Origin: Octopus vulgaris
Taxonomy: Eukaryota
Assembly: GCA_951406725.2 (NCBI GenBank)
Contig: OX597827.1
Coordinates: 9,920,001-9,984,000, forward strand
Direction: 5' to 3'
DNA: 64,000 bases
Positions 1 to 15,356 of the stretch are shown here, in pieces; position 1 is the stretch's first letter, and each line of letters begins with the position of its first letter. Under the pieces are notes generated by a model, which did not search any database, was not told where the DNA came from, and worked only from the letters and a program-made list of their open reading frames with translations. Both the position numbers and the translations under genes were made by a program.

Positions 1-29
1 AAGCATTTTGCCTGGCATGCTAACAATTC

Positions 30-192
30 TTTTCTACTTCAGACACAAGGTCAAAATTTTGGGGAAAGGGGCCAGTTGATTAGATCGATGTCAGTACACA
101 ACTGGTACTTAATTTATTGACCTCGAAAGGATGAAAGGCACAGTCGACCTCGACGGAATTTGAACTCAGAATGTAAAAGACAGATGAAATAC
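30..192 (-). mobile_element. SINE family A (tail variant A2), head interrupted
   Basis: Reverse complement of the family core (GAGTTCAAATTCCG B-box, GTCGACTTTGCCTTTCATCCTTTCG..GATAAATTAAGTACCAG), which recurs throughout the window. Confidence 0.8.
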
Positions 193-582
193 CTATTTCT
201 TTACTACCCACAAGGGGCTAAACACAGAGAGGACAAACAAGGACAGACCTTGGTTAGTGGGCTGTTATGTAGATAGATGTATGTATGTGTGAGTGTGGGT
301 GTGTGTATATGTGTATATGTATATGCACATGTTTGTAGGCATATGGATATGAATGTAGACTAATAGACACACAGACAGATAGGTACATAGGTTATATGAA
401 GGCTATAGTACATTGAGTACATTATATCGACACCAGTGTGTAACTGGTACTTAATTTATCGACCCCGAAAGGATGAAAGGCAAAGTCGACCTCGGCGGAA
501 TTTGAACTCAGAACGTAATGGCAGACGAAATACGGGTAAGCATTTTACCCAGAGTGCTAACGTTTCTGCCAGGTCGCCGTCT
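193..582 (-). mobile_element. SINE family A (tail variant A1), split by a simple-repeat insert at about 250-420
   Basis: Tail tttctttactacccacaaggggctaaacacagagaggacaaac plus head/core at 421-582 match the copies at 27302-27532 and 32528-32758. Confidence 0.85.
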
Positions 583-971
583 TGAAGTTCTTTACAGATT
601 TTAATATTTTTTTTTCACTTCAAGCACAATTTAAAAAATTTTTTTGCTGGTTTACTCAGTAAAAAATCCATTTGTTTCTCTACAGATACAGTGCTATCAA
701 CCTGCGGGGGGTGGGATTCTCTCATTTTTAGGCAGGGCTCTGCCAGGGTTTTCATTATTATAGATAATACCATTATTTTATGGTTCTACATTTCTTCAGA
801 GTCAAATGTTCATGAGTTATCTGTGTAATACTTCAGTATCATACAGTAACAGACTTGATAATTTAAACTCATAAATTTTGTATGTTGTGGGAGATAGGCT
901 GTAGAGTAATAAAATTTTGAAACATGCTATACTTATTGATATTTCATTATTAGTGTTTCCCAAAAATTTAA

Positions 972-4300
<3,329 letters not shown>

Positions 4301-4647
4301 TTTATATATTACAAAACACTTAAGAAGTCTGAGACATTTTGTAAAATGGAAAAATCACTTCTAGCAGCAATTATCCTCTTTTACTTCATAAAAATTATTG
4401 ATGAAATATATTATATTAATGATGCAATTTTCACATTATATAATATTAATTGATGTCAATATGTTGTTATTATATAAAATTCAACACACTGGGAGAACAG
4501 CCTTATTAAAAACACATACATCATGAATTAAAAGCCAAAGTGTTTCATGACTGCAGACAGAAACATTGAAATAAACTGGCAAAATTGTTTGAAGGAAAAA
4601 TAAAGAAAAGTGAAAAAATATCACCAATAATGTAATCAAAATTAAAA

Positions 4648-4810
4648 CAGGCATGGCTGTGTGGTAAGAAGTTTGCTTCACAACCTCATGGATGCAGGTG
4701 CAGTCCCACCTCATGCTATTCTTGCCAACATGGGGAAGTGTTTTCTACAATAGTCCCCAGCTGAGCAAGGCCTTGTGAGTGAATTTGGCAAAGAGAAAAA
4801 GCCTGTTGTA
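4648..4810 (+). mobile_element. SINE family B, 5' half, diverged
   Basis: GGCATGGCTGTGTGGTAAGAAG head and GCCTTGTGAGTGAATTTGG body match the full copy at 50118-50540. It ends at the internal (TA)n tract. Confidence 0.8.
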
Positions 4811-4825
4811 TATATATATATATAT

Positions 4826-5373
4826 AATTCATAAATGAGGGCAAAGGAAAAAATTTCTAATGCCAAATATGCCGACAATTTAAGCGTTCACTTCCGAACT
4901 AACTAACTCACTCTGTGATAGCCTCAGTTCAAATCGCACGTGCCTCGAATGGGCTGGAGTATTTCTATTTTGGATGTATTTGGGGTACTTAGTTGTGCCC
5001 GTGACTTAGTATTTGCTTCTTCCATGGGTATGAGTAAGTATCTCATTTATTTCTTTTACCACATGTATCACTGACGAAGAGAGGGCTCTTAGTAGTTAAC
5101 TCTGAAATCGGTCCGATATGGTAATAATGGAATTTTTAGAAATTTCTGTCGACCTTTTTTCAAGTAGCGTGCGTATTGTGAAAAAATTATATGGTTAATG
5201 GACAATATGTCCAATTTTTCGGCATATTTGGCATTAGAAATTTTTCCTTTGCCCTCATTTATGAATTGTTTATAAATTTAACCGTTAAAGGTGTTTTTTA
5301 ATATGCTGGCCATTGATAAAATTTTTTTCGAGAAAATATTTTTTTTTCGAAAAGAATTTTATCCTCACATTTG
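4826..5373 (+). mobile_element. Penelope-like terminal-repeat fragment inserted in (TA)n, with a 50-bp inverted repeat
   Basis: Flanked by (TA)n on both sides. 4826-4875 is the reverse complement of 5219-5267. It contains a hammerhead motif. Confidence 0.6.
5056..5124 (+). ncRNA. Minimal type-I hammerhead ribozyme motif
   Basis: CTGACGA core (5071-5077); helix II AGAG/CTCT; GAAA (5104-5107); short helix III ATCGGT with GTC cleavage triplet; helix I TATC/GATA plus TTACCA/TGGTAA. Confidence 0.7.
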
Positions 5374-5396
5374 ATATATATATATATATATATATA

Positions 5397-5606
5397 CTGG
5401 AGTAAGCACATAAATGTGAAACAAGGTGGAAAAAAGAGTACTCAAATACCAGAGGTAGAGTAATATGCTTTATTTAAAAGCAGCAGAAATTTAACAAAAG
5501 CTGTTACTCGGAGTTTCACTTCCCATTCGTTGGACTGTCCAACGAAAGGGAACGTGAAACTCCGAGTAACAGCTTTTGTTAAATTTCTGCAGCTTTTAAA
5601 TAAAGC

Positions 5607-5610
<4 letters not shown>
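5397..5610. mobile_element. Fold-back insert in (TA)n with about 73-bp arms and a degenerate hammerhead
   Basis: 5463-5535 is the reverse complement of 5537-5610 with about 3 differences. The right arm reads CTGT-CCAACGA-..-GAAACTCCGAGTA-ACAG. Confidence 0.65.
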
Positions 5611-5641
<31 letters not shown>

Positions 5642-5798
5642 AGTAAGCACATCTGCATGTGTGTGTGTGTATAGCAGAAAAAGAAGTATCAGTTTGGTCA
5701 GCTGCAATTTCTTTTCTATTATTTAAAATTTGAAAGGGAACCGAATACCTGTCTCTAATTGCTCATGACCCTTTACAGAGCATCAGAGATCAATGAAG

Positions 5799-5857
<59 letters not shown>

Positions 5858-5879
5858 AGATGTCGTCAAATCAGTGACC

Positions 5880-6118
5880 TGGCCTAAATGCTTTCCACAA
5901 AATGAACCCCTTCCACTAATAGCTTCCAAGGCCTAGTAGTCCCAGCATGTAACCCACTATTAAAAGGGTCCAAAGACCAGGCATCACAGTGTAGCTCCAC
6001 CAATTAAGGGCCTCCAAGAACTAGCTACCTCAACATATAACTCTCAGTTAAAATCTTCCAAGGACCAAGGGCCACAAAGTGTATTCCTCTGCTAAAAGCA
6101 CCCAAATACTAGGTGACA
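5880..6118. repeat. Diverged minisatellite, about 5 units of about 44 bp
   Basis: Recurring RTGTAAC..TTAAAAG..TCCAAG.AC.AG motif at about 43-46 bp spacing. Confidence 0.6.
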
Positions 6119-7769
6119 AATGAAGTTTACCATCAAAGCAGGCCATGCTGGGATTTGAACACATAATGCAAGTATCCAATTCTTACAATTCCCCCAGTTT
6201 ACCACTCTGGATTGTACTTTTTTATTGGTGTTGAAAAGATGAAAGGTAAAGTTGAGCTGAACTGAGGAGTGTAGAATTAAATCTGCAGTTTAAATGCACA
6301 AGGAGATTCCAGGAGAAGATTTTGAACTTTGATTTCGTTTTTCTTGCTTTTTATTTTGTTTTGAAATCAGCCATTTTATCATCACTTCACAACTTCAATA
6401 AGCAATGGAGAGTCGAGCAGTGTGGAAGCCAGGGAGATGAAGTGAACTTCATGAATCATGTTTAAAATTCCAAGTACTAGCAGTTATGTCGGAGTTGACT
6501 CAGCCTTCATGAGGTCAATAAAATAAATATCAGCCATAAACCAGAGAGAATAGTCAGGTTTATGTGGAAAATAAACGAAACATTTTCTTGCTTTCAAGGA
6601 GAATTCAACTAAAGAAAAGTGAGGTTCAACGGACGTGAGCCAATGGACCAATCTTTATGAGATATATTATTATTCATCTGTCTATCTATCTATGTATCTA
6701 TCAATCTGTCTAAAATCTCTCTATCTATCTACCTATCAAAGCAATGTTTTTGAAACAACTAAATGAGATATTATTAGCAATTTATATTCTATGGTTGGCA
6801 TGGATCTCATATAGTAATATATGCACCAAGTAATATAATAAAATGTGTGTGATGCAACATAGAAGTTTATTGACTAGATTTTATCTCTGTTTAAGGTAAG
6901 TCTCTGAGCATATTTTCATAGCAATGACAATATGAATGTTGAAATTATGTACCAAAGCAGCCATTATATCTTCTGTTTGTACAAACGCAGAACAGAACGA
7001 TATATAAACATATGCAATCTGATAGATAAATACATTCCCTTCCTCTCATTCCTTATTTCTCAGAGCAAAATCAAAAATCCTGATGGATCCATTTATGTAC
7101 ATACCATGCAATATAATAAGTTTAGTCTTTACAATTACTGACATGTAATGATTGTATAGAATATAAGAAATCATAGATTGCAGTTTGAATGGTTCTTTGC
7201 AGTTATAAATATTCTCATAAAGGGGTGTTTCTCTGATAACGATACGAAAGAATCACAAGGTGGTAAAATACCTTCCTTCAGATATGTTAATGGTAGAGCG
7301 AGCTATGTAAAAGCTGTGAATATAAAAGTATTCAGAAGAAGAAGAGAAAAAAATCAAAGAAAACAATGATCGTGATGGCACCTCATCAAAGTAATTCCAC
7401 ATTTTGTTTTATTACACAGAACGCAGACACATAACACAAACACGCACACATACAAAATGCATGCACAAGCACGCGTCCTCCTTGAAATGTGCATATGTGC
7501 TTCTTCTGTTTGTTTGCATGAACATGTGCTTGCATGTATGTATGTATGTATGTATGTATGTATGTATGTGTAGAAGAGACTGGTTGGTTTATTGGTTCAT
7601 TGGTTTGATGTTATACTGAATATGTATGTATCAACGTGTGAATGTATGGGTGTGTTACGGGAGTGTGGCATGCTAGCATTTGAAAGAAGAAACATCAGAA
7701 GATTTTAATATTTCATTCTTTATCAAATGTAAAGAGCGTTGCACTCAGTGTCTTCTGCATGAACACACA

Positions 7770-7811
<42 letters not shown>

Positions 7812-8050
7812 AACACACACACACAAACACACACGCATGCACGCACACACATACAAACACTCATATACACATACACACATTTATAAATTGTGTGCATTTA
7901 TAAACATACACATATATAAATAAACATACATCTATGACTGTATGTGTATATACCATTTATCTTTGACTTGTTTCAGTCATTAGACTGTGTCCATGCTGGG
8001 GCACCACCTTGAATATATGTATGATGTGTGTGTATATGTATATATATATG

Positions 8051-8117
<67 letters not shown>

Positions 8118-8184
8118 GTATATATATATGTATGTATATATATATATGTATGTATATATATATATATATGTATGTATATATATA

Positions 8185-8232
<48 letters not shown>

Positions 8233-8272
8233 CATATATATATATATATAAACATACATATATATGTGTGTG

Positions 8273-8304
<32 letters not shown>

Positions 8305-8338
8305 CACATACATACACACACATTTATATATACGTCAC

Positions 8339-9998
8339 TGAGAGGGCACCCAAAAGAAATTGAAATTTTGCAATATCGTTTTATTCACAGTTTCACATGT
8401 TTACACTTATATCACCCTCATTAGAAGCAAGGCATCGGTCCAGAAGTGTTTTCCACTGTTTGAAACAGTTCTTGAACTCTTGCGAAGTGAAGCCATTTAA
8501 TGCCCCTGTTGTTTTATTCTTCACCTCTTCCACATCCAACAAAACGTTTTCCTTGAAGGACTTTTTGCATTTGGGGTAACAAAAAGTCACAGGGAGCAAG
8601 ATCGGGTGAATAGGGAGGGTAGGTATGCAGTGTCATGCCATTTTAAGTCAAAAACTCCCTCACACTCAAAGTGGTGTGCACAGATGCATTGTCCTGATGA
8701 AACCACCACTCTCCACTTTGTCACAGATCAGGGCAAAGTCTCATGGCATCTTGCAAATGCTTCAAGACTACTAAGTAAAATGCCTGGTTAACAGTTTGAC
8801 CAGAAGAAATAAATTCTGTGAGGACAATTCCTTGCACATCGATGAAAAAAATCAGTACTGTCTTGATAATGGACTTCACTTGACGTGCTTTTTTGGGGAC
8901 ATGATGACACGGAAAGCTCCCATAGACTTGATTGCTTCTTTGTTTCTGGGTTGTAGCTGTAGCATCACCTTTAGTCACCAGAGATGACCTTTGAATAAAG
9001 ATCCAGATCAACTTCCAACTGTTCTTTTACCTCATGACACACATTCAGTTGTGACTGCCTTTGATCTTCCTTGAGCAAGTGAGGCACAAATTTTGCCGCA
9101 ACTCTTTTCATGCATAATTCCTCACTCAGAATTCATTGGCAGGAGCTCCAGGACACACCAGTCATACCAACAAGTTCGTCAATTGTTTGGTGACGGTCTT
9201 TCAAGATCACTTCATAATTTTTTGTGATGTTTTCATTCAATCGGGAAGTTGACGGTTGCCCTGAACGAGGTTAGTTTTCAAGCAACATGTGACCAGTCCT
9301 AAAGCATGAAAATCACTCATAACGATGTGTTTTGCTCATGGCAGTGTCCTTGTAGGCTGTGTGAAGCTTGACAACTGTTTTAGCTACCATTTTTCTTAGC
9401 AGAAAACAGAATTTCACAGGAGCACACTGATTCTTCATTTCAGCCATTGCAAAAATTGCCGGACTGGGGAGAAGCATTGCAAAACAAAGACGTACTACAT
9501 GATAGTAAGCCTCAACATGATGACACTGGTTGGCAGACTAATGCCTGAGGGTCACATCAAGTGGCTCCTAGTGCTGGAAGCCTGAACTACAATGGACTTG
9601 TTGCACAGAGAACATTTCTGATTACTTTGAGTACCTGCTGAGACCCCCTTGGGTCATGACTGACCATGAGATTGCACCTAGAAAGTTACCCTCCCAGGCA
9701 CAAGTCCAGGCAAGGTTGTTTATGGAAGACCAGCAGTCGCCCATGCATACTAGCCTCTCCTCTCCACGCCACCAGTGTTATCCAAGAGAAAGGGAAAGGC
9801 AAAGGCCAATACATCTTGGCACCTGTGACGTCGCAACTCATTTCTACAGCTGAGTAAACTGGAGCAACGTGAAATAAAGTGTCATGCTCAAGAACACAAC
9901 ACGCAGCCCGGTCCAGGATTCAAACTCACAACCTCACGATCATAAGCTCGATGCTCAAACCACTGAGCCACGTGCCTTCAGTTGGGTACCTACTCATA
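8339..9998 (-). mobile_element. Near full-length decayed mariner DNA transposon (transposase pseudogene)
   Basis: Minus-strand peptides PKKARQVKSIIKTVLIFFIDVQGIVLTEF..GQTVNQAFYLVVLKHL and DVEEVKNKTT..EFKNCFKQWK..RCLAS..EGD are typical of the mariner catalytic domain and C-terminus. Frameshifted. Imperfect TIRs at 8339-8366 and at 9614-9636 plus 9982-9998. Confidence 0.92.
9640..9980 (-). mobile_element. SINE family C, full length, tRNA-derived head
   Basis: Minus strand reads TGAAGGCACGTGGCTCAGTGG (A box), GAGTTTGAATCC (B box), then GTGTTCTTGAGCATGACACTT. Flanked by a ttgRgtacct duplication. Confidence 0.88.
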
Positions 9999-10294
9999 TA
10001 TATATGTATGTATAAAAATTTAATGCTCTTAGCTTAGATTTTTGGGGACAAGCCAGATTTGAACAGTCTCAACTGTGACTGCCTGAAACTGTAAGGATAA
10101 TTTGATAATTTGGTAACATGACTGATGAGAGGAGGCTGCAAATGCCCCATCTTTGTTTTTTCCTGTCAGTCTTTTTATTATTTTTCGTGCCCATCTTTAC
10201 ATCGTCTATCTGCCCAGATGTTTTATTGTCATCTGTTGCATTCTTGTTCCAGTTTAGGATTTATATATATATATATAGGGAGACTGAGAGAGAG

Positions 10295-10329
<35 letters not shown>

Positions 10330-10981
10330 ATTAAATACACATATATATATCGATATATTTGTATGTATACAGGTATACACATATATCCTTTTATTCTTTT
10401 TTATCGGTTTCAGTCCTTATGACTACACTTATGTAGGGCACCATCTTCTGGGGTTTATTCAGCTGAAATATTGACTCCACTATCATTTTTAAATCTGGTA
10501 CTTATCTTATGAAGTCTGTTAATCTATCCATTAGCATACCAAAAATAAACAAAAATTGACTGGATGTTTGGTGGTATGAGCTTAATTACAGACATGGTCA
10601 CACCTACATGCATGCCCACGTGTACACATATACATACACATATGCACATGTGACAGGTTTCCACACAGTTTCCATCTATCAAATTTCATTTGCAATGCAT
10701 GCATATGCACACATGCCTACATATGCAAACACATGCACATACATACACACATATACAACACACACATACAAACATGCATACATATATACATATGGAAATA
10801 TAAATGTATATATATATATATATCCTTGCATGTTTAAGGAAAATTGTTTATGCTTCAATTAAATCATATATCATTATTGCCATTTTCACTTTTCTATTAA
10901 ATATGCGTTATATTATTAAATATATATTATTTGAATCATTATCATATTTAAATGATTTGCTATTGTAATCATTCTAAAATG

Positions 10982-11343
10982 ATTAACTCTGCCTTAGCGA
11001 AGGTGGAGGTTTTGTTTTTCAGTCATGTTTGTTTGGTTATTTGTCCATGGACAAGATATCTCAAGAACCATTACATGGATTCACATGAAACTTTCAGAAA
11101 TATTTGGTCTCATGACTGGCACAAACTGATTAGATTTTGGGTTCGTTCTGGCACCGGACAAGGATTTGGGATTATCTTTCCTGATTTTTTACTTAATTTT
11201 TGAGTGTGGTTGGGTTCATTTTTAGCATTCTCGTTTGTCAGACCAGTCGAGTTTATTTCAGATATTCTCATTATAAAAATCATCTCCGGCTGATCATTGG
11301 TGCTGCCTTGGTGGAGGTTTGCATACTCTGAATGCTTTCGTTA
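10982..11343 (+). mobile_element. Non-autonomous Helentron-associated (DINE-1/HINE-like) element
   Basis: 5' palindromic sub-terminal repeat CTCTGCCTTAGCGAAGGTGGAG, GTTTGTTTG tract, 3' sub-TIR GCCTTGGTGGAGG and terminal hairpin GCATACTCTGAATGC. Confidence 0.7.
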
Positions 11344-11489
11344 TATTTATATTATATTTCCTTTGCAGGTTTTAGTTGTTGAATTGAGATCATACTTAGG
11401 GTACTGCATTCATTGGTGATTAGTTAATCCATGGACAGCATGGAACATTGATGTTAAATGATGTTGAAGATGACGATACATACATATGT

Positions 11490-11789
11490 CATGGTATCAT
11501 GGTATGGACCAGATTATCAGGTGTTATACATCACTACTCACAATGTACTTCACATTGTTTTAGCGTTCGAATGATGCCTCTCAGCTGGCTAAATGAGCAG
11601 ACCAACATACCATTCCTCCTGATTGGAAGACTATCCTGTCATGGGATTACCAATTTTACTACTGAGTGGACTGGAGCAACATGAAATGAAGTATTTTGCT
11701 CATGAACATAATGAGTTGCCTGGTCTAGGAATCGAAACCACAATCTAGCAATCATGAGTGCAACACCCTAACCACTTGGCCATGCACCT
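11490..11789 (-). mobile_element. SINE family C-related copy with a different tail
   Basis: ctgagtggactggagcaac..gaaatgaagt..gctc..aaccacttggccatgcacct matches the head of 9640-9980. Confidence 0.7.
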
Positions 11790-11802
11790 GTACACACACA
11801 CA

Positions 11803-11849
<47 letters not shown>

Positions 11850-11859
11850 TACACATGGG

Positions 11860-11965
11860 GTTTCAAATTTATGACAGCTGACAGCTGTTTCGGTAGACCT
11901 TTATTGATGTATTCATAGATTACATCACGACATGTAACCCACCATCTTCAGGCAAAATTTGAAAC
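11860..11965 (-). ncRNA. Type-I hammerhead ribozyme motif
   Basis: Minus strand: GTTTCAAATTTTGC-CTGAAGA-TGGTGGG..TCTACC-GAAA-CAGCTG-TC..AAATTTGAAAC. An 11-bp perfect helix I closes the motif. Confidence 0.72.
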
Positions 11966-12232
11966 AGGTATAAACAGGCAAGTTAAAACCTTGATGATGA
12001 CCTATCCAATAAACAACAAATTGAATAAGGGATATTTAAAAAAAAAGAACAATGAATTTATTGTGAAATCAGAAGTATGACTAGCCTGTGGGTGAGGAGC
12101 AAAGAGGTCAAACAACTCTATTATTTAAAACAGTTGTCTTTATTAGTTTATAGCCACAACTTGCTGAGGTGTGCAAGGAAACAGACAAGCTGGAGGAGAA
12201 ATGTATTTTTAGAGTCAATAGAACTGGAATGA

Positions 12233-12286
<54 letters not shown>

Positions 12287-13492
12287 CCTATCTATCTACC
12301 TACCTATCTATCTATCTATCTATCTGCCTATCTACACACACAGACATATATGTATGCATGTATGTGTGCATATGTATGTATATGTATAATATATATGTAT
12401 GTGTATGCATACACATGCACACACACACACTTATATGCACATATATGTACACACATCATGCTGCAGTTTTAACTTATAGTACCTCTTTGTGGTATTTTAA
12501 CCTGCTAGAAATGGCAAACAGATTTCCCTTAAATTATACATCGCCCATCTTATTAATATATGGGGTGGTTATAGCTGGAATGCCTTTTGTCATATGTCTG
12601 TTTATTAAGAACTGACCTGAGGCTGAATGCCAAATACACAAATATTCTTTTATGCTTCAAAATTAGACACAAAGACAACGAATTGAATTTAACTGAACTG
12701 AATTGAAATTGTACTTTTGTCAAGTGAGTAGAGCAGAAGACACAGAAAATTATATACAAAATACAACAATCTCCAGCACCACAGTTTTACTATTCTAACA
12801 ACAGAGTCACTGACTATATACTAACATGATTAACTACACAGAAACTCAATAACATACATACCTCACAAACATATTATTTGGTAACACCAGGCTTCATTCA
12901 GATCTGTCAATATCTCTATATCTGTAGAACTACCTTCTACAGATATAATTCCCACACCACTGCAAACACATTGCCTGCTATAATGCCATTTAGGCATAAC
13001 AGATATAACACTGCTGTTCTGTGACTACGAACAAAATTCTATGGTTCTCATTTTGCAATTCAAGACAAACTGTTCTAGACATTAAATGTTATTAGTTTTT
13101 ATTCTTGTGCATTTAAAAAATATTTCTTTTATTTTATTTTCTGATCCAGCACACTTATGATTTTAACAAATGTGTCACTTGCATTAGACTACTTCATCTG
13201 TCAGAGGTATGTCAGCAGAAATGGTGAAGAACATGTCAAAAAGTTATAAAATGTTGAATATCAGTTGGGAATTCAATAGTAATATCTTGTATCTTTTCAA
13301 TTTCGGAAATAAATGTGTAAAATTAGAAAGAAAAAAAAAAGGTAAAAGAAAACAAAACAAATTAAAAAAAAGCAGAAAAGTAGAAAATAAAAAAAATGTT
13401 TTGCAATATTTAAAATAAAATCTGTCAAACACCTTCTGAAAGGAGATTTTCAATAATGCAAAGCAATTTTATCAAAAATGGAATATTAAATG

Positions 13493-13878
<386 letters not shown>

Positions 13879-14271
13879 AATAGGAAAATACGAACAAGAA
13901 CAACTACAAGAATAACAACAAAGCAAGTTAATAAGCAGTGTAAATGTGTTTAGTGATAGAAGATTTGAAAGTGTGAGCTGTTATGTACCAGCATAGGAAC
14001 ATTTTTGTTATTCATCTGTTAAAGCCCCACCTACCACATACCACCACCACCACCACCACTGACAACAATAACAACAACAAACACACAGTTATTGACAATA
14101 GCAAATTTTCAAAAATCACAAAATAAGATCAGGGTCTTGCTAAATTTTGTCAAAGTATAGGGGTTGATTTTTTTTTATTTATTTATTTTATTTATTTTTT
14201 TTTTAATATCTCCACCAAAACAGGACAATACGACAGGAATGAATTGATCTAGGAATAGGAGGAACATAAAT

Positions 14272-14461
14272 AGTAATAATAATGATGATGATGGTGGTGA
14301 TGATGATGGTGATGATGATGATGGTGATGATGATGGTGATGGTGATGATGATGATGAATCTGTTAAAATGTCATAGTAAACATTTCAGCATTTATAAAAA
14401 TGAGAAAACCTGATGGTGGTTGTGGTGTTTAATAACATTGGCAACAACTATTATAACAAAA

Positions 14462-14495
<34 letters not shown>

Positions 14496-14677
14496 GGTGG
14501 CGGTGGTGGCGGCGGTGGTTGTTGTGGCGGTGGTGAAGGTGGCAGAGGTGGTGGTTTTGGTGGTGGTGGTGGTGGTGGTGGTGGTGGTGGTTTTGGTGGT
14601 GTGGTGGTTTTGGTGGTGGTGGTGGTTTTGGTGGTGGTGGTGGTGGTTTGGTGGTGGTGGTGGTGGTGGTGATGATG

Positions 14678-14709
<32 letters not shown>

Positions 14710-14730
14710 GATGATGGTGATGACAATGAT
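14272..14730. repeat. (GAT)n/(GGT)n low-complexity tracts
   Basis: Directly visible. Confidence 0.93.
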
Positions 14731-14962
14731 CAGGAGTGAGATGAAGTGGAGCAGACATTAAGTGGAGAGGTGAAGAGAAAAATCATTGATTATAAATGGG
14801 ATTAACAATAAAGAAAACAATGTTTTTTTTTTTTTGTGTGTGTGTGTGTATAATAATTACTTTCTGATAGAATATCACTATTCATTATATATTTCAGTAA
14901 AGTAATATTTATTATGTATGTATTGGTAATGTATATATGATATTTGTAATATATATATACAT

Positions 14963-15001
<39 letters not shown>

Positions 15002-15356
15002 TGTGTGTGAGTGAGTGTGTGTTATCAGAAAACTGTATAAAACTCTATCAAAGTTGCGTTAAAGAGTATTGCCACAAACACATTGTCTCCTAAGTCCATT
15101 CCTTCCCCTAAGGGACCTTTCTGGGGCTTTTCCTAATGAGAGATTAATGACATGGATGCAACCATGACTGTTTGGTTAAGAACTTTAATCTTTGCAATCA
15201 TATCATCCCAGGTTCCTTTGTGCTGTGCACTAGTTTCGGCAAGTGTCATCTAGCATTGTCTCAGCCTGCTTTGTAAGTGGAATTTGGTAGGCAGAAACCA
15301 TGCACAAATTTGTCATCGTCATCACTGTTACTGTCATCATTATTTTATATATATTA

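Noticed and set aside
5880-6118. CRISPR-like repeat/spacer appearance
   Set aside because: The units are diverged along their whole length with no invariant repeat, the context is eukaryotic and there are no cas genes.
10122-10150. CTGATGA hammerhead core in a TA-bounded segment
   Set aside because: The GAAA and helix III are too degraded to call. It may be an old member of the same class.
12917-12947. 13-bp perfect inverted repeat resembling a terminator or pre-miRNA
   Set aside because: It is too short for a pre-miRNA, and intrinsic terminators do not apply to this eukaryotic context.
14413-14758. Poly-His/Thr/Pro ORF resembling an extensin or mucin
   Set aside because: It is a pure (GGT)n/(GAT)n tract that is open in several frames on both strands.
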